Shown: piece by piece, positions 29,120-49,017 of the stretch
How the letters are laid out: each line of letters opens with the position of its first letter
How positions within the stretch are numbered: the stretch's first letter is position 1
From: the human T2T-CHM13v2.0 reference genome, Homo sapiens
Strand: one strand, 5' to 3'
Assembly (NCBI RefSeq): GCF_009914755.1
Contig: NC_060935.1
Length of the DNA: 64,000 nucleotides
Translations under genes and position numbers: made by a program
Notes under the pieces: model-generated
Databases searched by the model: none
What the model saw: only the letters and a program-made list of their open reading frames with translations
Told to the model about the DNA's origin: nothing

Positions 29120-32100
29120 CTGCATCAGACAAAGAAAGAAAAGAGGATAAGAAACTTTGGAGTTGATACTGTAAAAATTCTGGGGCCAAGAAACTTTAGG
29201 GACTTCCTAAGGGCCTGAACCTTGTCTAGAAATGCTAAAGAATACCTTCTCATTCAAACTAAAATGTCAAATGAACAAAACACAGGAGGCAAGAAAAGTA
29301 TGTCTCTTCTCCCACCTTAGCAGGAAACTATAGGATAGTCAACACCACCACAACCACCTGCTGAGTCTTAGTTCACATTTAGGAAATACCGCTTGAGAGA
29401 TTAGATAAGGAAAAAGTTATTAAAAATTATTCCTAGAGAGCCATTTAACAGCTGTTATTGTCCCAGAGATCAAAACCAAGATAAATGAAAATGCAAACCC
29501 ACTGGTTCCAAGAAAAAGATGATACAGGTAGAGCTTTCTTGGGGCAGGAATCCTATTCAACACCTGTTATGTGACCTTGGAGAAGAAAGTCATTTCATAA
29601 ATTTGTATCTTACTTTCTCATTTAAGAGAAAGAGAACTGGAACATCTAGAGACCAGTTTTCTGGAACAGCTCCTTGCTAATACTAATCTCTAACTCTACC
29701 AAGAGAGGAAACAGAACAAAGCCCAGCTGCGGCTGGATGGCCAGGGCTCTTTTCATTTCCCACTATGCTCTATGCCAATGTCCATGACAGCCCTAGTCTG
29801 CACTTTGCAGCTCCTGAGAACAAACTGCAGGGTCAGGCAGGCAGCAGGCTCAGCCTGGTAAGGTGGCAAGATCTGAGGGTGGAGGAATGTCTGTTGGTGA
29901 GGAGCATCCACTCCACACAACAGCACCAATGAGATGTTAACTGGCACTGTGCCTATAGGCCTTGTTTCGGTTTTCATTTGAATCCCTCTGAGTCCCACCG
30001 TGTGATTCCCTGCCAGGAAGAAGTGGCTTACCCTTGATGTGAGCATAGAACAAGAGTGCCCACATCATGGGCCCGGGCAGAACAGCACAACACATTCAAA
30101 CAGACCAAGCTCATCAGGGCTTTGTCTCATGTAGATATACCTCAAGCAAAAAAACTTTTCACTGTTTCTCTTATTTGAAGGAGATGTCCACTGTCAGAGG
30201 CATTGTGGTAATTTTTTAAAAGCCAAGCTCAGCTGCCCTCGCCAGAGTCCAGGTGATCTACTGCAGTAATCCAAAAAAAGTCAAGGGCAAGTTTCCCTAG
30301 GAAATTACCTCAAGGAAAACAAAACAAGGAATTGCTCTTTCAGAGGCCCCCAGGCTTATGTGATCTGATACTTAAGAGTGATTTGTAAAACTCTATTTGT
30401 TCTCCTTTCCCTGTGTGTTGCTAATGAGATGACAGTGTATATCAAAAAAGGCATTAGAATACATTGATTAGGCTATTGTGCCAACTCGGGGGCTGACACC
30501 TACAGCACCATTACACATAAAACCGAAGAGGGACCACAAGGATGGTTCTGTTTGCTAACTAATAAAATAATGATATCCAAATACTCACTGCTATCACCAT
30601 TAGGCCTTTCTACTGCTCAACTCCCAACCCACCATCTGGTCTAGCCTGTAAGGCTAGATTTATCTAATTAGCACTGGGACCGTCTGCTACTTACTACTCA
30701 GGGTCCCAAGCCCTTTGCCAAAACAAAAACAAAAACAAAAACAAAAACAAAACACGGCAATATCCCTCTCCTTTTCTGGATCAACACATGAATCCAGCTG
30801 GGGATATAGAACCAAAGGAACTGGGAGAAGTTTCAGAAGTGAGACCATCTTGGTTTTCTAACTCTGAGGCTGACAATGCTCAGAAAAATAAACAGAAACT
30901 AACAATTTACACTCTAACCACCAAAAGCAGGGAGAGAAAGAAAATAAAGAAATCATAAATGTTAAGTAGTACATGAACCTAAATAGGAAAGGAGATGAGA
31001 CTCTATGGGCTTTAAGACAGCTTTGAACAGTTACCATTTTATCTACATTTAATGTCTCGAAAATGTCTGTTGGGTATGTTATTAAAGTAGACTTTCCTAT
31101 CTTGCTGTTACATAGATCCAGCTCGTGTGTGTTAACGTTTATTTTGGTCAAACACCTAGAAGGCTATAGTAACCCTCAAAACTCATCACCAACACACAAA
31201 AAAGCATTTAACTGCTTACGGAGACAAGGTGTGCAGAGGAGAGTACAAGTAAGATTTTCCTTCTTCTGGAAAGCTTGGCTCTAAAACCCCTTAAAAACTG
31301 GGCATATGGACAAAAAGCATTTCGTCAGCCTCAAATCCAGGCCACTGTGCTTGCATTTGTATTATATGATGACGATTCCAAGTCAATAGCTATCTCCCAA
31401 ATTCTGCCCTCTCCCCTGACTCCACCCAACTTCATAACTCTTCCTGGCTACTGCAATGAGCTCACAGAGATATGCAAAGGACAAACGAAAAGAGAATGCT
31501 GAAAATTGTAACAGCTTCTCCGGTAGCATATTCAGTTTCAGAAATTTTGCAGCTCATGATCTGGGGTTTCACTTCTACCCTAATGGGATGTGGTGGCATA
31601 GAGTGATTTGGTAGCTCCATTGCACTGGGTTCTGTTTACAATTTCATTCTCACATTTGCTGTTTGTTGTCTATTAATTTCACATGTGGAAAAGGAAATGT
31701 TCAGTTACAATAAGTGTCACTGCTTCCATTCACTTGTGCAGCTTCCTCTCGTAAGGCTGAAATTTTGATGAGTTAATTCATACAGGAAGAGATTTCTTGG
31801 ATCTCAATTACTTGTTTATTTAGGCCACAGGAAAGTAATGTACTAATGACAAAGAACAACTAACTCATCCTTTTTGGATTCAACAATAATATAAGGTAGA
31901 GAGAAAAGGGAGAAGTAAAATATAGCCGAAGACACCGGCTATAGCTTACACACCATTAGAAGTCTTTGTGGTGCTCCATACCTTGTGTGACCCCAGCAGC
32001 ACACAAACTTTAACACGTATCAAACTCACCAGGAGGGCATATTAAAACACAGAATGCTGGGACGGGGCCTGAGAATTTGCATTTCTAACAAATTCCCAGG

Positions 32101-33399
32101 TGTCTCTGATGTTGCCGGACTGGGACTACACCTGAGAAATGCGACCTTGTCAAATAATCCTTAGTCTGGGAGATGCATCTCCAGCAACTGGCTTTCACTT
32201 AAAGGCAAAAAACATATTGGAAAAAAATGATGGGGTATTTAGCTGGGCAGTGAAGAATGGAAATAAAGATTAGGAAAGAAAGGATTTTCAAATCAAAACT
32301 GCTCTAGAACTTCAGGGGGCAGCTCCGGAGGGAGAAAAAACAATGCAGGAGACAGCAGGAAGCCATGTTCCAGACTCTGCAATGTAATCTCCTCCCAATT
32401 AGAAATGATTTCCAAGTGAAAATGCCCTAGCAGGGAATGGGAGGGGTTAGAAATACTGATGCCTGGAGGAGCAGATGGCTCTGCCTTCCTATCAGCTCCA
32501 TAAATTATAAACAAACACCTTGTACAAAGATCGATTTGTAGCCTGTTGCTGGCTGGCCAGATGAGGCCACGGGAGCAATTAGCAGTTGCAGTGCCTTTGC
32601 AAATGCATTAGATACCGATTTGGAAAACCCAAGGGGGGTTAAATCAGCAGAAAAATTTCCTCCTGGCTATCTCTGAGCCCCCTGGATTTCAGAATAAGGC
32701 CTGTACAGAGCTCCAGATGACCCATAAACACTCCCTGAAGGCACTATATCCCCTGTGGTATCGCCTGCCCCACACCACTCATCCGCCGGGTTTCTTAAGG
32801 CCTATTCTGACAGGACAGCCTAGTGACCAATTCCATTCACCCAGTAAGAGTTCACTCTTAAAAATCATAGTGAATCTAATGTGCCACTTTTTTCAGGAAA
32901 GCAATTTCAAAATTATTTATGCATGAGGCCTTATTCATAAACTTCTAAACACTAATCTCAAATCTCAAGTGAGAGAAGCAGGTGGCAAGATCTTTAGCCT
33001 AACTCCAGGAAAAGGTTAAATGCAATTCACATAAATCAACTTGGTGGTTGCTGAACTCATCAGTAAAACACAGAATCAGGCTGGGCTCACACCTGTAATC
33101 CCAGTACTACGGGAGGCCAAGGCAGGGTAATCACTTGAGGTCAGGAGCTCGAGACCAGCCTGGGCAACACAGCGAGATCTCATCTCTATAAAAAAAAATT
33201 TAAAAATCAGCCAGATATGGTGGCATGTGCCTGTAGGCCGAGTTACTTGGAAGGCCGAGGCAGGAGGATCATTTGAGCTCAGGAGTTTGAGGTTATAGTG
33301 AGATATGATCACGCCACTGTACTCCAGCCTGGGCAACAGAGCGAGACCCTGTGTCTAAAAATAATAATAAGTAAAATAAAACATAAAACCTCAAAGATT

Positions 33400-34620
33400 A
33401 AACTCACGTGGAACTTTCAAATGAATAATCAGACAGATCACTAGAACAGAACAGAGAGTCCAGAAATATATCTAAATACAGAAAAGAAATTAATAGTATG
33501 ATGAAGATGACATCCCAAATAAATGGAGATAAATGGATTATTAATTAGTTGGGACAAGTGAGTAGCCATATGGGGGGGAAATTGGATCATACTTTGATTA
33601 TTTGGGACTAAATTTCCTAGTGAATCAAAGACTTAACTATTAAAAAACTAAAATATAAAAGTTATAAATGATCTCCCTAATGATGACACAAAACCAAGGA
33701 ACCATAAAAGGAAAGTTGTATAATTTTGACTCCTTAAAATAAGTTCTATGACAAAAATAACCTTCAGCAAAGTCAAAACTCGAATGACAAGTAGGAAGCT
33801 CCTATTATAAGTTAATTTTCTGATTTATAAAGAATTCCTGTAAAATTGCTAAGGAAAAGACCAGTAACACAACAGAAAAATTGGTAAAGCACATGGACAG
33901 GTCAAGAGAAGGGAACACAAATGGCTGTGTATATGAAGAGGCATGCAATCTTGTTTGTAACACAAAAAATACAAATTTAAAATGCCCACATACTACTTTT
34001 TTTTTTTAACATATCAGATTTGCAAATATCCAAAAATTTGATAGTACATTCTATCAGCAAGAGTTTATGAAATCAGGCACTCTCATGAACTCCAAGTGGA
34101 ATAATAATTTGGCACGAGCTGTATAGAGTGTGGTATGGCAATAACTACACACTCTTCCCCCCTGCAATTCCATTTCTAGAAATGTATCCTAGAGATATAC
34201 CTGCATATGTGCAAAATGATAAACTGCAGCACAGTTTGTAGAGTAAAAGATTGAAAATGACCTAAAGGTCCTTTAATAGTAGACTAGTTATGGTACATTC
34301 ATACAATGGAATAGTAGGCAGTCATAAAAAAGAACAAATAAGCTCTTTATATACTGACATGAAAAGAACACTGAGCTATACTGTAAAGAAAAAGGGCAGG
34401 AAGTACAGACGAGTACATACAGCATGCTACCATTTGGGTTAAATAAAAGGCAGAAAAACATAAATTTGCATTTGCTTGTATATACATATAATATTTCTGA
34501 AAAGATATATAAGGAACTGCTAACAGTGGTTACATGTGAGGAGGAGTGGTAGGATTTGGGGGCTTCTTACTGTATTAATCTTTTATATTTTTTAAATTTT
34601 TGAACAGTAATATCAATTTC
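33400..34620 (+). mobile_element. Old L1M (L1ME/L1MC-like) ORF2 3' part and 3' UTR fragment
   Basis: A-rich L1-like text: gaacagaacagagagtccagaaata; caattccatttctagaaatgtatcctagag; tatggtacattcatacaatggaatagta. Confidence 0.7.
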
Positions 34621-34749
34621 AGATGACAATTAAAGAAAGAAAGTGACAAAATAACAAAACAAAATAATTTTAAATAAATTATGGCCAACTTTAAATAAAT
34701 TATGGAACAGAAAGCTAGAAATGAAGAAGCAAACTTCATTTTCAATAAG

Positions 34750-36700
<1,951 letters not shown>

Positions 36701-36966
36701 ACAACTGGGATGTGGACTGCAGACTTCACTAGAAGCAAGGAAACTGAAACAGTCATGTTTGTAAATCAGATATCAACCATACCATTGAGATGAATAAAGA
36801 TACGAAAACTGGCATATCAGGAAATGCCACAGACATAGAATATCTTAATTATTTTAAGGCAACTGGCAAAGTCTTATAATATCACACAGACAAGATAGAA
36901 AAATTTCAGCTTCAGATATGAACAACTAAGCCCTATGGGATTATAGGTGCATGCCATCATGCCTAG

Positions 36967-37116
<150 letters not shown>

Positions 37117-37569
37117 TAAGCAATTCAGCAAACATGTCTTGCACCCACCCTCAGCAGCAAACAATGTAAGGTACTGAAGTAGACACAAAAACAAAGATTT
37201 CTCTGCTCTGAAGAGTTTGTGGACTAGTAGTTCACTGGTCAAAACCTAAAGTTTAGGTGGAACTGAAAAGAAGAGAAAGAGAAGGGAGTGTAGGATCCAA
37301 GAGCTAAACCTTGTGACCCTTTTAGGAAAGACTACAGTGATGTTAATTAAACTCGATTAATCCAGATCTTAATAGACTTAAGTGTATGGTATGGTTGATA
37401 TCTGGTTAATGGACCTGAAAAGAAAGTTACAGAAGAGGTGCAGAAATGGCATGTAGATAACAACTGCTCAATAGGATGATGAAAAACCCAGTGCTCCATG
37501 AATTTTTGAGTTCTGGCTCACCAGCAAATATAACCCTTCCACTGATACCCCCATTTGACATTGACTTAC

Positions 37570-37680
37570 CATTACTGATTTCAGGGAGGTCAAACTTAGT
37601 GAAGTCCCACCACTGGAGCCGGTAGGTAGTATTGGCAATGTTACTGGCCACAGCAGACTGTCCATCACCGATCACTGCCC
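37570..37680 (-). CDS. AMBRA1: AMBRA1 coding exon (111 nt, phase 1-1): (G)[36 protein letters not shown]
   Basis: Minus-strand acceptor ttcttcctcataag|GG and donor AATG|gtaagt. The peptide is recognised as AMBRA1, and the frame joins the next exon (G+CT = Ala). Confidence 0.96.
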
Positions 37681-40624
37681 CTTATGAGGAAGAAGTCAAA
37701 GACAGCACATTATATTATTTATCCACGTTTCCACTGCAAAACATAAAACAATACTGGGATTAGTAGTGGGGAGAGAAGAGGAAAAACTAGACTATGGCTG
37801 AAGAAAGCTAATGAGTCCCATCTGGCAAGTCTTTGTCTCAAAGAAAAACCAGGCATGTTTGCCAGGGAACAATTCAATGTGGAAATATAATCCCATTCAT
37901 CAGTCCTTCCCATTGTTACTTAACATTTACTTAGTGCCAACAACGTGGCAGGTACTGTACATACATGGTCTGGTAGGCTCAACATCTAAAAGAGACAGGT
38001 GAATTTTCACAAAAATGTGAGAAAAGAAAAATGAAAAATGGGAAGACACCATTAACACAGAAAAGCCAGCAGCATTTCAGTCCCTGGACATCCTGATAGT
38101 AAGCAGCACTCTTTCAGACAAAGTATCTCCTCCTTTATCACTTTCTTCCTAATAGGACATCTCAAAAACAGGCTTCCTCCAGGGAAGAGGCAGCTACTAT
38201 ACAGCTGATTGGATAGAAACAGACAGTAAAAAACAAATAAGGTAATATTCATTCATCTCTTCTGGACCCCTGGCACGTAACACAATAAAAATTTATGAGC
38301 CTCACTTTGTAGCATCAGAATATTTTTATTAAGGCCATCTTTTATAATACCTACCCCCTAAGAACCTCCTTGAATCCACATTTGCTTGTAACATCTCCAG
38401 GTTTAACTTTCTCTGAGATATATTCTTCTGTATGACATTTTTTTCCTTGGTAACCAATTAAATAAAAAATGGATTTTTTTAACAGGGTGACACTTTAATT
38501 TGCAGTTGTATTTCATTTACATGAACATGTCATTTCCTCCTCCTCCTTCTGAGGTGCATTTCATACACAACCACCCTCCTTCTGATCAGACAGAGTCAAA
38601 CCCTGTTGGAAGAATAGAACATTCTTGTATGCTAGCTAACCTAAATGGTATTCTCAGCTGTAAATCAAAGGCTACTGTGAAAAACTGAACTTGTTAGAGT
38701 TTACCAGCCTTGGAAAAATGGACAATTTCATACCCAGATTCTTCAGTATCACCTAGTCTTCCTCCTCTGCACATCACTGCAAAAGCATCTTGTGAACTGT
38801 AGTTTTTTTCTTTTAGAGAGCGGCATTTATTGCACTGCTACTCCTGGTGTCCCTTTCTTTCCCCAAATGATCAAGAGATGGTTCAAAGAGAAAACCTTCA
38901 TAGAAGCCAAGAAATATGAGAAAAGTACTCTCTGCACTCTTCCGGTTGCTGCTGGCCACTGTGTCAGAAGACTGTTTTTCAGCATTAATTTATTGACAGT
39001 CTTGTCTTTGTCTCATTTTCAATTTGTAAGGAAAAGTACAAATAACAGTTCATTTCCAAAATGATGATACTTCTAGATCATGCATTCTCAACATGGGAAA
39101 TATCATCCCCATGGGGGTAAAAATTGGTTCAAAGGGGCAAAAAAAAGAAAAACAAAAAAAAAAAAACAAAAAAAAACTTAGTGTAATCATTTGTTCCCCT
39201 CCAAAGCATCAGAGTATATAAATAGATACACATTGTATCTGTGATATTAAAATTTCATGGGAGGAGAGACAAGTAGGGAAAAAATGTCTAAAAAGGTTCC
39301 TCAGGAGGACAATAATGGAATAAAGGCTAAAACAAACCGTTCTAGATAAATGAATACCCACAAAACAAGACATCCTTTAAAATCTTGCAAATTCAAAGAC
39401 ATAAGCCCAGTCATGCTCTCCCTGAGACCTGAGAATGACAGCATTTGGGGGTGTGCTGTCAGTGAGTCCACTGACCTCAAATCTCTATTTGAGGTCCCTG
39501 TGGCGTATCATAAGATGAGGTAAATATATACCCTTGCTTTAACCTTCACAGAAAATTCCCCTTTAATAATTATATCTGACTTTTGCTGAACCTCTGGGTC
39601 ATGAGGAGGGTAAGATACCTGAACGACTTTATTAAAAGGAACTTTCTTGATTTTTCTATGCCTCTTTGATAATGAAAATCATTCTTTAGTTACAAGGTCT
39701 ACCACTTCCCTGGAAGGAATTATTCCATTTCATTCTGATCCAGGCTCAGTTCCACTGAGTTTCCGAATTGTTTCCTGGGCTTGCTTATCAAGATGGTTGA
39801 CACCCTCCTTTGACCACTAGTCTCTCAAATTAATTTAGCTCCTTATCATTTTCTCCAGCTTTTAACAACCCCAAATGATAGAAGGTAAGTTGATTTTCTC
39901 AGTACATGATGAACAAAATGCTAGTTGCTAAGAGAGGGTAGAAAATAAATTGAAAAAACAAACTTCATATTTTAAGAGCTTATTCTGGGGGAAGGGATAA
40001 GAACTACAAACAGGAAAACAGTTAAGGAATAATACCAGATGCTTTTTGAGTACTGTGGATCTGCAAATGGGAACACAAATGATTAAGACTCCCAAATCCC
40101 GGCTCCAGAGGCATCCTGTACTGTCCATGTCTCAAGAAACATCTTCTGGAGAACAGCTGTGCCATAAAATCAACATGTAGGGTTGCCACTGTGTGGAAGA
40201 GACTGGGGAGGTGCTCTCTGCCAATGGTGCCAGGGTGCTGAGGAGGAATGAAGCCTGGCACCAAGGAGAGTCATTTTTTTTGTGTCATATAAACACAGAT
40301 TAGGGAGCTAAAGATGCCAGCAACAGATTAGAGTACTGTTACCAGGTTCTTTTCTTCAAGAACTGTAGGCCAACTGAGCCTGTCTCTTGGAAACAACAGG
40401 AGGAAAAAGCCTGATGTTATTAAAACAACCCCAACCATTTAGTAGGCCTCTGGCCACTAAGATGAAGGCAGGAAATGTGCCAGAGGGGGTTAATGGACTG
40501 AGCTAGAAAGTATTTACATACGAGGCACTTAGCCTCAGAAACCAAATCCTGAGAGACTGCTAAGGGATTTCTAAGGTTTCAAGGTTCTCCCATGTAGTAA
40601 TGACAGAATGGAACAAGCTAGACT

Positions 40625-40835
40625 CAGAGTTTCTCAACCTCTGCACTACTGAAATTTTAGGACAGATAATTATTTGTGTGAAGAGTCTTGTGCATCGCAG
40701 AACATTTAGCATCCCTGGCCTCTACCCACTAGATGCCAGTAGCACCCCACTCCACATAGTTGAGACAACCAAAAATGTCTCCAGACACTGCCGAATGTCC
40801 TCTGGGGATAAAAATCATTCCTAGTTGAGAAATGC
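40625..40835. mobile_element. MER20 hAT-Charlie element
   Basis: tttctcaacctctgcactactga...agcatccctggcctctacccactagatgccagtagcacc...aaaaatgtctccagacactgcc...gttgagaa. Confidence 0.82.
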
Positions 40836-41617
40836 TAAGCTAGATAAACATATCCTACATTTTAACTCCAGGGTAGGTGCTCTTAGCACCACTACTAGAA
40901 TGTCTGCTGCTAACAAGTGATGCTGTTATAGTCATGGAAAGAAACTAATCCAAGGCACAGCATTACAACTTCAATTTTCCATATCTGCCAATGGGATCTT
41001 ACGGCTTGTTTTTTGTTTGTTTTGAGAATACAGGTTTCAGAATCAACTGGACCAGATTTTGACACTTCCTGTCATTATCTACTATAGTGTGACTTTGTAT
41101 AAATTAATCTCTCTGAACCTCAGTTTCCTTATCTGTAGAAAAGGGTATAATAGTACCTACAACTTACAGGATTGTTGGAAGAACTTACTAAGACAATAAA
41201 TACAAAGTGGTCGGGCATGGTGGCTCACGCCCATAACCCCAGCACTTTGGGAGGCCAAGGTGGGCAGATCACTTGAGCCCAGGAATTTGTAACCAGCCTG
41301 GACAGAGTGAGACTCTTATCGCAAAAAAAAAAAAGGCCACGCGCAGTAGCTCACACCTGTAATCCCAGCACTTTGTGAGGCCAAGGCAGGAGGATCACTT
41401 GAGGTCAGGAGTTCGAGACCAGCGTGACCAACATGGTGAAACCCTACCTCTACTAAAAATACAAAAATTAGCCAGGCATAGTGGTGTGTGCCTGTAGTCT
41501 CAGTTACTTGGGATGCTGAGGCATGAGAATTGCTTGAACCCAGGAGGAGGAGGTTGCAATGAGATGAGATCGCACCACCACACTGCAGCCTGGGCAACAG
41601 AGCAAGATTCTGTCTCA

Positions 41618-41857
<240 letters not shown>

Positions 41858-42239
41858 CTAAGTGCATAATAAATGGCCTTTAAAATTATGTCTGTCATCT
41901 ACTCCACTCTCTGTGTGTATTGCATCTACAGTTACAGCCTGGGTGACACAGCCAGACCATCTTGTAAATAAATACATAAATAAATAGTGATGGCAAATAC
42001 TAAGTGTCTAATAAATGGCCTTTAAAGTTATATCTGTCATCTACTCCAATCTCTGTGTGTATTTCATCTACAGTTACACTACTACTTACATCAGCATCAA
42101 CAGACAGCTTATAGAGAGATGTCCTTGTGTAAGAGACTGGCCCAAATAGTGTGCCAGGGCCAAGAGAGAGAAGTGTTTAATCTGAAGATTAAAATAAACT
42201 GTCTAGGCCCTATACTATTTGGCAACTTTCTCCTTGAAA

Positions 42240-45080
<2,841 letters not shown>

Positions 45081-45870
45081 AAAAAAGAGGGAGGGGCCAC
45101 GACTTTCATTCACATTCTAGGAGACAGTGGGAACAGCAGCTGTTCATAAGGACAATACTAGTCATGGTAGTTCATATCTATCATATAACCACAGAAATTC
45201 CTTTCATTGAGGCTTAGAGCAAAAGAAGAAATAAAGATTATTCTGATGACAGACAAAACAAGGAGGAAAAGAAGCTTAAATCCAGTGATCCTGGCTAACT
45301 ATCAGCCAACAACAATGGCAAAAACTAAGCTGCCAAGTCTCATTCCAGAGTCAGGTCTTCAACTTGTAGGCCAGAGCTCCCAGAATGTGTCTAGGGATAA
45401 AATCATAATAATCATCACAGTCACATGATAGGTGAGCTCTGCCAAGCCTAATAGCCTCTGTGCATCTCTCTACCTTTGCTTCTCTCAGAAACTCTTCTCT
45501 TCTGTTGCTTGGAAAGAATTAGGAATCTTTTTTCAAAACAGCTTCACAGCTTCTCTCTAAGATTTGTTCTAGGAGAAGGGAAATGAAAAGTATGATTCAA
45601 CAGTTCAGTGAAGATACTGAACAATGGGAATCATTAGCAAATCTATCAGAAAAGCTAATTCGGGGAAGGTAAAAAAGGGCAAGTTGCAAAGAAGGAAATG
45701 ATTAAATTACATTTCAGTCCTGAAAAATCTGTTTAACTTGAGACTTTCTAATTCAGAATGGCCATCTCTGACTGTGTGCTGCTGGGAAGATGAAATAAGA
45801 ATGGGGTTGGGGATGTAAACACTCATCATCCTGGAGACACAATTACTATCTTTCTGCTTGGCTGTTATAT

Positions 45871-45955
45871 GAACCTGCCCTGGGCTTTCTAGTCTCAGCT
45901 CTCCTGACCAGCTGAGCTGGAGGAGAGCTGAGACTAGAAAGCCCAGGGCAGGTCC
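45871..45955 (-). ncRNA. MIR3160-1: pre-miR-3160-1 hairpin
   Basis: Perfect 33-bp inverted arms at 45873-45905 and 45921-45953. Contains AGAGCTGAGACTAGAAAGCCCA, recognised as miR-3160-3p. Same sense as the host gene. Confidence 0.88.
45873..45953 (+). ncRNA. MIR3160-2: pre-miR-3160-2 hairpin (mirror annotation on the opposite strand)
   Basis: The same palindrome read on the plus strand gives identical arm sequences. Confidence 0.8.
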
Positions 45956-45979
45956 AACTGAAAAACTTATCAACTTTTC

Positions 45980-47540
<1,561 letters not shown>

Positions 47541-48582
47541 ACTGAACCATAGGTTCATATGAGAATTAAATAGTAGTTTTTATTTTATAGAAAATATACT
47601 GTGTGGAAAACCAGCAATCATAAAAGGACTTAAGATAAATAGAATTATTTCCATTGTAAAGAAAAAGTAGGGCTTCAAAGACTAATTCTGAGTGTATTAT
47701 CTATAGCTGAAATAGAGTCTTCACTGTTTCCTGAGGCTAAAAGATATGAAGAGTATTAGGGAACGTCATTTTCTGCAAACCACAAAAATAAAATCCCAAA
47801 AAAGCACCACGTGGCTGTCTATAATTCTGGCATAGGAAATGTTCTGAGTAAGGCACTTGGTCTATCATGTTTAGGCAGTTTAATAACTACTCTACCAGTC
47901 ATTTAATCTGATGCTGAGATTAATCATTAAACAAGTTTGCAATATATTTAACATGAATTAAAGGGTAAATATTTTCTAAATACAGACTTCAATGGTTACG
48001 TGTCTTATTTGTAGGAATTAGGCCCCCAAATAAACATAATTTTATTGTCCAATAAACTCCTAAAGGCTCCAAAGAAGGATAATATTAGTCCACATGCAAA
48101 TCATGAACTTTAGGGGCAGACCTGAGAAAGACTCTACTGAGGCCAAAGGCACTGGATCAGGCCAATATAGCAATGATAGTCTGAGAGTTCAACAAGAAAA
48201 GTAGCAAGGCCTGGAATACAGTGTATGAGGAAAGGAAAAGAAATAGCTATGAAATTTTTTTTTAATTTTTAATTTTTAGAGACGGGGTCTTGCTGTGTTG
48301 CCCTAGCTGATCTCAAACTCCTGGGCTCAAGTGATCCTCCTACCTTGGCCTCTCAAAGTGCTGAGATTACAGGCGTGAGCCATCATGCCTGGCAAACTGT
48401 GAAATATTCCTATGTATCACAGCTTCATAAAAAAATTTTCTCAAAACAACAATTCAAACCAGGATTACATGACCACAGCACAGTAAGGTTTATAACAGGT
48501 CAAAAAAGAAAGAGAAATTGGCCAGGTGCGGTGGCTCACGCCTGTAATCCCAGCACTTTGGGAGGCCAAGGCAGGTGGATCA

Positions 48583-49017
<435 letters not shown>

